A stretch of 64,000 bases of DNA from Ignavibacteriales bacterium (GCA_020635275.1 JACKAA010000004.1:4411-68410), one strand, 5' to 3'; numbered from the stretch's first letter, positions 1-9,698 are shown. Translations and numbers: made by a program. The notes: generated by a model not told the origin, from the sequence alone.

Positions 1-1
1 T

Positions 2-1915
2 AATGGTGATATGCATGTTGATGTGAATAATGATAATCCGAAAATAGGTGAAGAAAATATTGGATATACAAACTTAAGTTGGAATCCTTCAACGTTTGCC
101 GTCTTACATGATATCTATTTTGGGACTGATGAAAATGAAGTATTGAATGCAAATAATTCTACAACAAATATTTATAAAGGAAATATTGCTGATACAACAT
201 ATCTTGCTGAAAATCTTTCAACTCATAAATTATACTATTGGAGAGTTGATGAAATTGATGCACAAGGAAAAATTGCTAAAGGTGAAGTCTGGAAATTTAG
301 TCCGCGTCGTATTGCTTTCCCAAGTGCCGAAGGTTGGGGAAGATTTGCTCGTGGTGGAAGGGGCGGAATAGTTTATCATGTTACAAATTTGAATGATAGC
401 GGTCCCGGTAGCTTTAGAGAAGCTATAGAAGCAAATGAACCGCGTACAGTTATCTTTGATGTATCAGGAATAATCCAACTGGAAAGCAGACTAATATTAT
501 CAAATTCATATTGTACAGTTGCTGGGCAAACAGCTCCTGGGAAAGGAATTTGTATTAGAGACTATGATTTTGGAACTCAGGGTGGTAGCGATTTTATTAT
601 TAGATATGTTAGAGTAAGAGTGGGCAAAATTGCCGGAACAGATAAAACATTAGGTGGAATGGGGATGGGAAGTACAGATCATTCCATTATTGATCATTGC
701 TCAATCAGCTGGTCACAAGATGAAGCTTTTAGTTCACGTCAAGCAAAAAATATAACTTTGCAAAGGACACTTATTTCAGAAGCACTTCATGTTGCTGAGC
801 ATAAAAACTATCCCTCAGGAACTTCACATGGATTTGCCGCTAGCATTGGCGGTGATATTGCATCTTTTCATCATAATTTGCTTGCTCATTGTGAAGGCCG
901 AAATTGGTCTTTAGCCGGTGGAGTTGATCCAAGTGGAATACACACTGGAAGTTTAGACATTCGTAACAATGTTGTTTATAATTGGGATGGGCGCACTACA
1001 GATGGCGGTGCTCAATATGTTAATTTTGTTCGAAATTATTATAAACCTGGACCTGCTACAATTAATGGTCCTTTTACAGAATTAAATCCACAATTTGAGA
1101 ACCCGAGTTTTGGACCTCAGCAATATTATGTTGAGGGAAATGTTATGGAAAATCACCATGGAGCTGAGGGACCATTACCGCCTTTTGAAGGTGTGAAACC
1201 ACAAGGTACACAATCTTGGCCAGTGACAGTTGAATTGCCATTTTTTGAAAACTTTGTGAAAACTCAAACAGCACATGAAGCATATGAAAGTGTGCTTGCG
1301 AATGTTGGTTGCAACAGGCCAACACTGGATGAGCATGATCTTCGAATTCTTCGGGAAACAAGTGAGGGAACTTTTACTTTTCGTGGAAGTGTTACAAATC
1401 GTAAAGGATTGATAGATAATCAAGAAGATGTTGGTGGTTGGGAAATCTACCCTGAAGAACAAAGAAGCGCCGACTATGATTCTGATCTTGATGGAATGCC
1501 AAATACTTGGGAAATTGAAAACGGCTTAAATCCTAATGATCCAGAAGATAGAAATAATATTTCTATTAATGGTTATACAAATCTTGAAAATTATCTTAAT
1601 TATACTGCCGGTGAAATTACTTCAGTTAGTGATTTTAGTAAAAGTAGTATCAATAAATTTAAACTTTATCAAAATTATCCCAATCCATTTAATCCAACTA
1701 CAGAAATTAGATTTAATGTTCCTTATAGAACAAATGTACAAATAGTTATTTATGATATACTTGGGAGAAAAATTTTAGAATTATTGAATGAAGAAAAATC
1801 TGCCGGAGTACATTCTGTTAATTTTAATGGTATGAATTTAAGTAGTGGTGTCTATTTTTACCAAATTAATATATTAGATCAATCAACAATAAAAAAAATG
1901 ATAATGATTAAGTAA
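2..1915 (+). CDS. Pectate lyase (PL1-like), 5'-truncated by the window edge, with a C-terminal T9SS sorting domain
   Basis: The frame is open to the window start and there is no signal peptide after the Met at 11. AEGWGRFARGGRGGIVYHVTNLNDSGPGSFREAI is a PL1-type pectate lyase motif. An acidic DSDLDGMPNTWEIENGLNPNDPED linker follows. The C-terminus, LYQNYPNPFNPTTEIRFNV...SGVYFYQ, is a T9SS-type CTD. Confidence 0.8.
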   Translation, partial: NGDMHVDVNNDNPKIGEENIGYTNLSWNPSTFAVLHDIYFGTDENEVLNANNSTTNIYKGNIADTTYLAENLSTHKLYYWRVDEIDAQGKIAKGEVWKFSPRRIAFPSAEGWGRFARGGRGGIVYHVTNLNDSGPGSFREAIEANEPRTVIFDVSGIIQLESRLILSNSYCTVAGQTAPGKGICIRDYDFGTQGGSDFIIRYVRVRVGKIAGTDKTLGGMGMGSTDHSIIDHCSISWSQDEAFSSRQAKNITLQRTLISEALHVAEHKNYPSGTSHGFAASIGGDIASFHHNLLAHCEGRNWSLAGGVDPSGIHTGSLDIRNNVVYNWDGRTTDGGAQYVNFVRNYYKPGPATINGPFTELNPQFENPSFGPQQYYVEGNVMENHHGAEGPLPPFEGVKPQGTQSWPVTVELPFFENFVKTQTAHEAYESVLANVGCNRPTLDEHDLRILRETSEGTFTFRGSVTNRKGLIDNQEDVGGWEIYPEEQRSADYDSDLDGMPNTWEIENGLNPNDPEDRNNISINGYTNLENYLNYTAGEITSVSDFSKSSINKFKLYQNYPNPFNPTTEIRFNVPYRTNVQIVIYDILGRKILELLNEEKSAGVHSVNFNGMNLSSGVYFYQINILDQSTIKKMIMIK

Positions 1916-1951
1916 CCATTATCATTTTAATGAATAGTAAAATAAAGATTT

Positions 1952-2347
1952 TTAAAGTTCAATATCCATCATTGGAACACCTCTTTGACAAAGCTGTAAA
2001 GGCACTCCAAATGGATCACGCAGCATAACTAAATGCGATCCATCTTCTAAATGCAATTCTTCAAAAAATGTTGCTCCATTTGCAAGAAGTTTTTGTTTTG
2101 TCTCTTCAGCATTTTTTACCATAAATGCAAAATGAAATTCCAACGGATGTTTTGAATTTAAGTCAATAATTGCAGCCGAATCATTTTTGTAAATCTCAAT
2201 TGCTAACCTTCCAGTTTTATCAGCAATAAAATGAGCGTAAGGTGGTTTATCGCTTCCTCTAACAATTTTCATTTCACAATTTTTAACATACCAATTTGCT
2301 GCTTCAATTGGATTTTCTACGTTTAATGCAAAGTGTTCAAATACCAT
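1952..2347 (-). CDS. Glyoxalase/VOC-family small protein
   Basis: This is a 131-aa protein. The N-terminal FEHFALNVENP and internal EFHFAFMV / DPFGVPLQL resemble paired beta-alpha-beta-beta-beta VOC modules. Confidence 0.6.
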   Translation of the reverse strand: MVFEHFALNVENPIEAANWYVKNCEMKIVRGSDKPPYAHFIADKTGRLAIEIYKNDSAAIIDLNSKHPLEFHFAFMVKNAEETKQKLLANGATFFEELHLEDGSHLVMLRDPFGVPLQLCQRGVPMMDIEL

Positions 2348-2358
2348 AATTATTCCTT

Positions 2359-3669
2359 TTATTCTTTGGTTGTAAAATGCCAGAGCGGACCTTCAACAGC
2401 TGCTCCGTCTACAATTTCGTCTATTCTCCAATAATATGTAGAATTTTTTTCTAATGTTTCTGGATTAAAATATTTTTCTGTTTGATTTTTTATAAAAATT
2501 GGCTCACCCACTGCACTTGGGCCGTCTTTTAATTTTTCACCATTTTCTAATGCTTGAGGAAATTTTGATTTCCAAAAATAAATGTTAAAAGATTCTGCGT
2601 TTCTGGAAGGAATCCAATTTAGTATTGTTTCCAAAGTGATGTCATAACTTCCATTTCTTGGTTTTGGTAAATAAACATAAGGTAAAACAGAAGGCATTTC
2701 TTTTTCTGGATTCCACATACCTGAAAATGTCCATGCTGCAGTTATTTCAGAGGGTTCAGGATTTCCCTCAGCATCCTCCAAATTATCTTCAAACCATTTA
2801 TAATCTCCACCAAGTCTATGGTTATTATAATAGTAATGTCTTTGACCCCATTCCCAAATTTGTGCATTTTTTGATACTGGCCAAAAAATTGGAACATCAG
2901 CCATGTTTCCCGAAAATATACAATCGAGTAAATAAAATTGTGCATCTGAATGATGTCTTCCAAGAGGAAAACCTGGAATTCCGTCAAAGTAAGAATATCT
3001 TATTACAAATTTTTGATCCTTATCTCCAATCCCTTTATGCCATAGCGATGCAGTTAAATTGTGTCCGTAAAATTTACTATCCGTTATATAACACCAACCG
3101 CGAGGACAAACATAATCAACCCAACCTTCAAAATAACAATTGTTGTGATAATACATTCCATCTTCTTGAGCCCACAAACTAATGGTGTCACCGCCATCAG
3201 CAATTACATTGCAATCTAATAAATAGACTTTTGTTCCTAATCCTAAAATTGCAAATTGATGATCATGATCGCCGTGCAAGCTGCCATAATTATTATGTAT
3301 CGTAAGATTTGCAAAAGTAATATTAGAAGTGTTGCTGTCTATATTAACAATAGCTGAGCCGAAACTATCAGAGTTTTTTTCAATCCAATTACTCCTTAAT
3401 TCTGCAAATCTTATAATGGTACTATCTCTATTTTCGCCAACAATAGAAATGTTTGAATTATGAATAAAAAGTTTTTCGTTATATAATCCATTTTTAACAT
3501 AAATAATTTTATGTTCTTGATTGTTTTCTTTAATAGATTCGATTGCTGATTGTATTGAGTTAAAGTTTCCACTTCCATCTTTAGCAACAATAATATCTGC
3601 TTTTTCTTTGGCTATTAATAAATTTGATAGAGTTAAACAAAAAAAGAAGTAATAAAAGATTTTCTTCAT
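2359..3669 (-). CDS. Pectinesterase (CE8) with a C-terminal YYWRIDEI accessory module
   Basis: It has a signal peptide. IIVAKDGSGNFNSIQSAIESI is the classic pectin methylesterase N-terminal motif. QFAILG...DGGDTIS and GWVDYVCPRG sit where the CE8 catalytic motifs lie. The gene is adjacent to other pectin genes. Confidence 0.8.
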   Translation of the reverse strand: MKKIFYYFFFCLTLSNLLIAKEKADIIVAKDGSGNFNSIQSAIESIKENNQEHKIIYVKNGLYNEKLFIHNSNISIVGENRDSTIIRFAELRSNWIEKNSDSFGSAIVNIDSNTSNITFANLTIHNNYGSLHGDHDHQFAILGLGTKVYLLDCNVIADGGDTISLWAQEDGMYYHNNCYFEGWVDYVCPRGWCYITDSKFYGHNLTASLWHKGIGDKDQKFVIRYSYFDGIPGFPLGRHHSDAQFYLLDCIFSGNMADVPIFWPVSKNAQIWEWGQRHYYYNNHRLGGDYKWFEDNLEDAEGNPEPSEITAAWTFSGMWNPEKEMPSVLPYVYLPKPRNGSYDITLETILNWIPSRNAESFNIYFWKSKFPQALENGEKLKDGPSAVGEPIFIKNQTEKYFNPETLEKNSTYYWRIDEIVDGAAVEGPLWHFTTKE

Positions 3670-3670
3670 T

Positions 3671-4423
3671 TTAATTTTCTAGTTTATTAAAGTAATGTCT
3701 TAAATCTAAATTTGATTTCTTGATATCATCAGCAACAAGTTTTGCAATTACTTCTGCGCCATGGTCGTTAAAATGTGTATTATCATCCTTACCTTCCGGG
3801 TAGTTAGGTGAATCACCTGGTTTTAAAATTAAAAATATTTTTTCTGTTTCTTTTTCACCTAATTTGATAAATAAGTCTTCACTGGATTTGCTTAAATCGA
3901 TTAGAGCTACATTCATTTCTTTTGCAACCTGTCTTATTAAATCTGGATAAATCCCGTGTACATCGTAAAATGTACCATTCTCATTAAATCTTCTTCTCAT
4001 AACCGGTGTAATTAATACTGGAATGGCATCACGTGAACGTGTTTCAATAACAAATTTTCTATAATTATTTTTGAAATCTATTGGATGTGTATATCGTTCA
4101 CCTTTTGTTATAGATTGATCATTATGTCCGAACTGAATAAATACATAATCTCCCTTAGAAACAGAGTCCATTATTGCTTGCCATCGTCCTTCATTTATAA
4201 ATGATTTAGTGCTTCTGCCATTTTTAGCATGATTTTTAATTTTGATATTTTCACTAAAAAAGATTCCTATTTTTTCACCCCAACCAGTTTCAGGTCTTTT
4301 CTCTAATAGTTTTTCAGCAATCGTTGAATCACCGGCTAAGAATATTGTGATATCTTTATTTTGGAATGTACTACCTACTATAAAAGTAAAAAATATTAGT
4401 AAGAAAATTTTTTTTATTCGCAT
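3671..4423 (-). CDS. SGNH/GDSL hydrolase, rhamnogalacturonan acetylesterase-like (CE12)
   Basis: It has a signal peptide. All SGNH blocks are present: FLAGDSTIA (block I Ser), GWGE/NGRS, FGHNDQ (block III) and DNTHFNDHGA (block V D-x-x-H). It lies 1 nt downstream of the CE8 gene. Confidence 0.8.
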   Translation of the reverse strand: MRIKKIFLLIFFTFIVGSTFQNKDITIFLAGDSTIAEKLLEKRPETGWGEKIGIFFSENIKIKNHAKNGRSTKSFINEGRWQAIMDSVSKGDYVFIQFGHNDQSITKGERYTHPIDFKNNYRKFVIETRSRDAIPVLITPVMRRRFNENGTFYDVHGIYPDLIRQVAKEMNVALIDLSKSSEDLFIKLGEKETEKIFLILKPGDSPNYPEGKDDNTHFNDHGAEVIAKLVADDIKKSNLDLRHYFNKLEN

Positions 4424-4488
4424 ATTTTCCCAAATCTATTTTTAATAAATAAAATTTTAACTTGACAAATATATAAAAAATTACAATC

Positions 4489-4520
4489 TTTAGTAAGCGT
4501 TTAAGTAAATGATAAAGTAA
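4489..4520 (+). promoter_or_regulatory. Conserved box A: three AGTAA repeats at 12-bp phasing (TTTAGTAAGCGTTTAAGTAAATGATAAAGTAA)
   Basis: It aligns with boxes at 27286-27317 and 36371-36402; 23 of 32 positions are invariant in all three. It lies in the 465-bp divergent region between the CE12 gene and the TonB-receptor operon. Confidence 0.55.
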
Positions 4521-4888
4521 TCGGTTAATATTGCTTTAATAATTTTTTAATAAATATTTCAAAAAACAAAATTCTGAGAACTATTGAATAAAGATAACTC
4601 TCCAAATTATTTATTGTTGAAAGCTTTTAGTACAAAAAGTAGTCTAAAAATTAGTTTTGCGTTTTTGGAATTTTTGACTTCCATTATTATTAAAAAATTT
4701 TTAATTTGTAATTACACTCGGAGACATTCTCATTCACATTATAATAATTTTAATATCGTCAAACGAATTAAATTATATTTCATTCCTTTTAAGAAGAAAA
4801 AATTGAATCACGTAGTTTTTGTTTTTAAATAATATTTATTTAAGTTTTTATAATCGGAAATAATATTAACTAACATGAGAGACAGAAT

Positions 4889-7800
4889 ATGAAAAAAAAT
4901 CTTTTACTACGTTTATTATTATTATTTATTTCACTTACCTCAATTTCTTTTGCTCAAGGATCCTTAGTTGGTACTGTAACTGATTCACTAAACAATGATG
5001 GATTGGTCGGTGCAAATGTGTTTCTTGTAGGAACATCTTTAGGTAGTGCAGTAGATATAGATGGGCATTATAGAATTACAAGGATTCCTGAAGGTCAGTA
5101 TACCGTTAAAATTTCCTATATCGGTTACACAGGAAAAGAATTTAATATAACTATTGAAGATAATAGAACTATTGAATTAAATGCTTCTTTGGCTCCACAG
5201 ATTCTTAGCGGTGACGAAGTTATTGTTTCAGCTCAAGCCTTAGGTCAGGCTGCTGCTATTAACCAGCAATTATCTTCAAATACAATTGTGAACGTAGTTT
5301 CAGAACAGAAAATACAAGAATTATCTGATGCTAATGCTGCTGAAGCTATTGGGCGTTTACCTGGTGTCTCATTGCAACGTTCCGGAGGTGAAGCAAATAA
5401 AATTGTTTTAAGAGGATTAAGTAATAAGTATTCTACAATAACAGTTGATGGAATTAGAATGCCGGCAACTGCAGAAAATGATAGAGGTATTGATCTAAGT
5501 ACTTTATCTCAAGGTTCATTAGCTGGTATTGAGTTATATAAAGCCCTTACTGCTGATAAGGATGCTGATGCAATTGCTGGTACAGTTAATCTTGTCACTA
5601 AAAGAGCTCCCGAAGACAGATTAATTAGATTTGATGTTAAAGGTGCTTATAATAAAATAGACAACGATGCAGGTCAATATGATTTTGGAGTTAGATATGG
5701 GCAAAGATTTTTTGATAATTTATTCGGAGTTCAAGCAGCTGCACATGCTGAACAAAAAATTAGAAGCAGAGAAAATACAAATATCAATTATGATCAGAGT
5801 TTATATGCCCCTGGTTCAACAGAGCCTTATACAGATTATCAAATTACAGACTTTATTGTGTTATATAGAAACGAAACTAGACAAAGACAAGGCGGTGAAT
5901 TAATTCTTGATTTCGATACGCCGGATGACGGAACTATAAAGTTCAGTAATAATTACAATAAAACTTCCAGAGATTTTATAGATTATTCAAGGAATTATCC
6001 AACAGCAGACGCTTCTGGAGTTAGATATTTAGCAAATCCTCAAAAACAGGATATTGACATTTTCCAAAGTTCACTAACTGGTGAAAATTATTTTTTAGGT
6101 TTTGAAGCTAAATGGGGAATGTCATTTGCTCAATCTCTAGCGGATAATCCATACAATTATGAATTTCAGTTTACAGAACCTTCTTCTACAAATTCTGCAG
6201 GCGAAATTATATCCGGCATGTTACCTATACCTAATGATATTCGTAGCAGAGGACCGGTTGAGGATTTAATTCCTTACGCAGTAAATAATTTTTCTTCTGC
6301 ATATGCATGGGGTGCTTTTTTTACAACACAAAGAAATCTTGATCGTGAAAAAACTGCTTACCTTGATTTGAAAAGTGATTATACAATTAGTAAAAATTTA
6401 ACCGGTTCACTTAAATTTGGAGGTAAATATCGTTGGAAAAATAGGTATAGAATCCGAACTAGATTAGTAGCCGACTACTATTTGGTGACTTCTCCACAAT
6501 ATGCAAGGGCAGCAGACGGTTCTCTCGTACTAAAAGATTTTTCCGATTCCAAGTACTTTAGTAATTATGATATCACTCAAGATAGAACTTTCTCAAAGTA
6601 CTTTATAAATGATGATTTTAGTGCAGAAGATAGAAATGTTTTTGATAAATACAAATTATATCCATTATTAAATAGAGACAAAATTGAAGAATGGTGGAAA
6701 TTAAATAAAAACGGTGTTACAAATGATGGAACTAGGGAATATCTAAATGATTCTGAAGCAAATGCAGTATATTATAATGTAACTGAAGAAGTTGCGGCTG
6801 GTTATTTAATGAATACCTTGAATATGGGAGATTATTTAACATTTATTGCCGGTTTAAGAGTTGAAACTGAAGATAATTTTTATAAATCAAAAAATGCACC
6901 TTTTGGTCTTTCCGGTTTCCCAACTCCAGCTGGAATAATTGAGGATACATCTTCTACACATATTGAAACTCAATGGTTGCCTAATTTTCAATTTTTAATT
7001 AAGCCAAGTGATTTCCTGAATATTAGATTAGCAGCCTACAAAGCTTTGGCAAGACCTGATTTTAATTACCGTTTAGCTCAATTTATACCAAGAAGCGGAG
7101 GATTTAATATTGATGGTGCTTATGCATTAACTGTAGGGAATCCTGGTTTACTCTCTGCTAAGGCTTGGAACTTTGAAATTAACACTTCATTTTATGGCAA
7201 CGAAATCGGCTTATTTTCGATATCAGCATTTTATAAAGATATTAGTGATATGTTTCGTTACCTTAATGGAGCTACAGTTCAAGGACAAAGTATTCTTGAT
7301 AGCTTGGGAGTACCAGGACAAAATATATATCCAGCATCTGTTAAATATGATTTATATTACCCGTACAATTCAACAAAACAAACAAGAGTATGGGGTTTTG
7401 AAATTGAGCATCAAGCTTACTTAGGATTTTTACCTGGCCTATTAAAGAATATTACACTCAGTTACAACTTTTCTATTATTAGATCCGAGGCTTATACTCC
7501 TTATACATATATTAGAAGAATTGAGACACCTGTTCCAGGTTCTCCATTCCCCAAAATTGAATTTAAACCAATTTTAATTGAGAAAAAGCAAAAATTGGAA
7601 GGACAACCTGAGTTTTACGGAAACTTTGCTATTGGTTATGATATTGCAGGTTTCTCAGGAAGATTATCTGTTTTCCATCAAGGAGAATACTTTAGCAGCT
7701 ACTCTGACGACGGGAGAGGAGACAATATAAGAAATGCATACACAAAAGTAGATTTAGCTCTTAAGCAGCAAGTTACAGATTATTTATCTGTTTTATTGAA

Positions 7801-7927
7801 TGTAAATAATCTTACAAATACAAAAGAAGTAACAACAATATATAATAGTAGACAAGATTGGAGATTAGAAAATACAGCTGAAATATATGGTCTTTCTGCT
7901 GATCTTGGAGTAAGAATTACATTATAA
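4889..7927 (+). CDS. TonB-dependent outer-membrane receptor with an N-terminal carboxypeptidase-regulatory-like domain
   Basis: The signal peptide ends in SFAQG. A CarbopepD_reg-like segment follows (GTVTD...GHYRITRIPEGQYTVKISYIGY). There is a TonB-box-like DEVIVSA, a plug region (GRLPGVSLQRSGGEANKIVLRGL) and a long beta-barrel region (~1000 aa). Confidence 0.85.
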   Translation: MKKNLLLRLLLLFISLTSISFAQGSLVGTVTDSLNNDGLVGANVFLVGTSLGSAVDIDGHYRITRIPEGQYTVKISYIGYTGKEFNITIEDNRTIELNASLAPQILSGDEVIVSAQALGQAAAINQQLSSNTIVNVVSEQKIQELSDANAAEAIGRLPGVSLQRSGGEANKIVLRGLSNKYSTITVDGIRMPATAENDRGIDLSTLSQGSLAGIELYKALTADKDADAIAGTVNLVTKRAPEDRLIRFDVKGAYNKIDNDAGQYDFGVRYGQRFFDNLFGVQAAAHAEQKIRSRENTNINYDQSLYAPGSTEPYTDYQITDFIVLYRNETRQRQGGELILDFDTPDDGTIKFSNNYNKTSRDFIDYSRNYPTADASGVRYLANPQKQDIDIFQSSLTGENYFLGFEAKWGMSFAQSLADNPYNYEFQFTEPSSTNSAGEIISGMLPIPNDIRSRGPVEDLIPYAVNNFSSAYAWGAFFTTQRNLDREKTAYLDLKSDYTISKNLTGSLKFGGKYRWKNRYRIRTRLVADYYLVTSPQYARAADGSLVLKDFSDSKYFSNYDITQDRTFSKYFINDDFSAEDRNVFDKYKLYPLLNRDKIEEWWKLNKNGVTNDGTREYLNDSEANAVYYNVTEEVAAGYLMNTLNMGDYLTFIAGLRVETEDNFYKSKNAPFGLSGFPTPAGIIEDTSSTHIETQWLPNFQFLIKPSDFLNIRLAAYKALARPDFNYRLAQFIPRSGGFNIDGAYALTVGNPGLLSAKAWNFEINTSFYGNEIGLFSISAFYKDISDMFRYLNGATVQGQSILDSLGVPGQNIYPASVKYDLYYPYNSTKQTRVWGFEIEHQAYLGFLPGLLKNITLSYNFSIIRSEAYTPYTYIRRIETPVPGSPFPKIEFKPILIEKKQKLEGQPEFYGNFAIGYDIAGFSGRLSVFHQGEYFSSYSDDGRGDNIRNAYTKVDLALKQQVTDYLSVLLNVNNLTNTKEVTTIYNSRQDWRLENTAEIYGLSADLGVRITL

Positions 7928-7997
7928 ATATTTTATTAACTAATATCGTTAAGCAATATGCAAAACGAAAATCACAAACAATAATAAGGAGAAGACT

Positions 7998-9644
7998 ATG
8001 AAAAAAGTTTCCACACTCTTTTTTTTAATAACCATACTTCTATTCTTGGCTAATAACATCTTTGCCCAGCGTGAGGTTGTAATTCCTCCAGCAACTGGAA
8101 TTGATGATGTATTAAATCTAACCATCATGAATGATGATCATTCTCAAAACACCACTTATATTCTTCAAGATGGAATCTATTTAATAAATGGTGCTATTGA
8201 TAACGATAGTTGGCCTTTAACAATTACTGCTGAAGCGGGTTCCGAATTAAAACCAGTAATTATTTCTATTCCCGATGCTGAAGGTAATTTAACAGGCAAT
8301 TTTATTAACATGTATAACAATGTTACAGTTAAGAATATCCGTTTTCTTAATTATTATGAAGATGTTTACCCAGAACATCTCGCTATAGCAACAGGGCAAT
8401 TCATTAGAGCCAGAGCAGCTGGTTTTGATATGGTAGTTGAAAATTGTTTTGTTTCTTGCCGTGCTATACTGCACACCGGTTCAGCTTGTAGAAAAGTAGA
8501 AGTTAAGAACTCCATTTTTGCAAATATGTTCAGAATGGCCGGTGCAAATAACTGGGGTGACAACAAATGTATTGATTTTAGAAATTCATCATGCGACTCA
8601 GTAATTATCGTAAATAATACATTTGTTAATGAACAAGATAGAATTATTCGTCAACGTGGTGCTGGTGATGGAACAAATATCGAACATTTTATATTTAACC
8701 ATAATACAATAGTTAATAATTATGGATATCATGGAATGATTGAAATTGGAAGAGCTGGTCAATCAGTACAAGTAATTAATAATGTTTTTATGAATCCATT
8801 TGCATTTGGAAATGATACTGATATTGTACGTCAGTCTGAATTTGAAGATAACCTCGAATTAGACCAATTTGGTCATAACAAAATGGCGTTGATTACAACA
8901 ATACCAGATGATACTGTACAATATACTATTAGAAACAATTTTGTTGCTACAACTCAACAACAAGATGATTGGTATGCAAAATGGATGGACGCTAATGCTT
9001 CTCCTCGTTTACCATTCGATTCCGGCTTACCTCCATACGTAACTGATGAGATCGCTGGTAAAATTGATATGGGCGCTGCATTTACTACAGAGAAACTCAA
9101 TATGGGAGCTATTCCTGGTCTTGGAACAGATATTATGGATCTATATAGACTTCCAATTGATCAAGGCGGCGGCGGTAAAACAAAAATTAAAGAACCATAT
9201 ATAGATTTTACTACTTATGATTGCGATAGAATCTCAATGGATTATATTACAAATACTTTGGATTGTTCTTACAATACTGATGCTGCTGCATATACAGGTG
9301 CAGATGGTGGACAACCAGCAGGTGATTTGAGATGGTGGGGAATACCTTTAGCAGTTAAAGAAGTTGCTGGCGCAGTTCCAACAGAATTTAGTTTAAATCA
9401 AAATTATCCTAATCCTTTTAACCCTGTTACAAATATTACTTATTCTGTACCAAAAGAAGCTCAAGTAACAGTAGAAGTATTTGATATGCTTGGTCGTTCA
9501 GTTGCTAAATTAGTAAACGAAAAACAAAACGCTGGAACTTATAATGTAGATTTTGATGCATCAAAACTATCATCAGGAGCTTACATTTACAGACTATCAA
9601 CTCCAGAATTTACACTTGCAAAGAAAATGTTGTTAATGAAGTAA
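7998..9644 (+). CDS. Secreted parallel beta-helix protein with a T9SS C-terminal sorting domain (candidate surface glycan-binding protein or lyase)
   Basis: The signal peptide ends in IFAQ. Repetitive N-rich turns (VKNIRFLN, VVENCF, VKNSIFAN, IIVNNTFVN, FNHNTIVNN, VINNVFMN) are typical of right-handed beta-helices. The C-terminus is LNQNYPNPFNPVTNITYSV...GAYIYRL. It lies directly downstream of the TonB receptor. Confidence 0.5.
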   Translation: MKKVSTLFFLITILLFLANNIFAQREVVIPPATGIDDVLNLTIMNDDHSQNTTYILQDGIYLINGAIDNDSWPLTITAEAGSELKPVIISIPDAEGNLTGNFINMYNNVTVKNIRFLNYYEDVYPEHLAIATGQFIRARAAGFDMVVENCFVSCRAILHTGSACRKVEVKNSIFANMFRMAGANNWGDNKCIDFRNSSCDSVIIVNNTFVNEQDRIIRQRGAGDGTNIEHFIFNHNTIVNNYGYHGMIEIGRAGQSVQVINNVFMNPFAFGNDTDIVRQSEFEDNLELDQFGHNKMALITTIPDDTVQYTIRNNFVATTQQQDDWYAKWMDANASPRLPFDSGLPPYVTDEIAGKIDMGAAFTTEKLNMGAIPGLGTDIMDLYRLPIDQGGGGKTKIKEPYIDFTTYDCDRISMDYITNTLDCSYNTDAAAYTGADGGQPAGDLRWWGIPLAVKEVAGAVPTEFSLNQNYPNPFNPVTNITYSVPKEAQVTVEVFDMLGRSVAKLVNEKQNAGTYNVDFDASKLSSGAYIYRLSTPEFTLAKKMLLMK

Positions 9645-9664
9645 TTTAACTGACTTCTGTGAAT

Positions 9665-9698
9665 CAAAAAAGCCCGATGAAATATTCGGGCTTTTTTA
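9665..9698. terminator. Bidirectional rho-independent terminator
   Basis: The sequence is CAAAAAAGCCCGA-tgaaatat-TCGGGCTTTTTTA. It has a 7-bp GC-rich stem (9671-9677 with 9686-9692), with an A-run on one side and a T-run on the other. It sits between convergent genes. Confidence 0.85.

Noticed and set aside
2658-3182. A long antisense ORF (174 aa) inside the CE8 gene, and many similar 60-120-aa ORFs in the track (for example 147-371, 1143-1462, 8289-8566, 22240-22599, 26586-26885, 28426-28698, 34641-34946, 38378-38719, 46589-47088, 61318-61777).
   Set aside because: All lie fully inside, and mostly antisense to, long ORFs with clear family signatures. Their products are low-complexity (I/L/F/K/N-rich), with no motifs and no RBS. 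These are typical shadow ORFs of an AT-rich genome.
4462-4467. TTGACA hexamers (4462-4467 and 27260-27265) as firm sigma-70-type -35 boxes.
   Set aside because: I could not find a -10 hexamer at the canonical 16-18-nt spacing; TACAAT lies only 14 nt away at site A. FCB-group promoters may also use a different consensus. They are mentioned as context only and not annotated as promoters.
4584-4832. An 82-aa ORF in the long intergenic region upstream of the TonB receptor.
   Set aside because: It has no Shine-Dalgarno-like sequence, a low-complexity K/F/I-rich product and no recognisable domain. The region is better explained as a promoter or leader. A small protein cannot be excluded without expression data.
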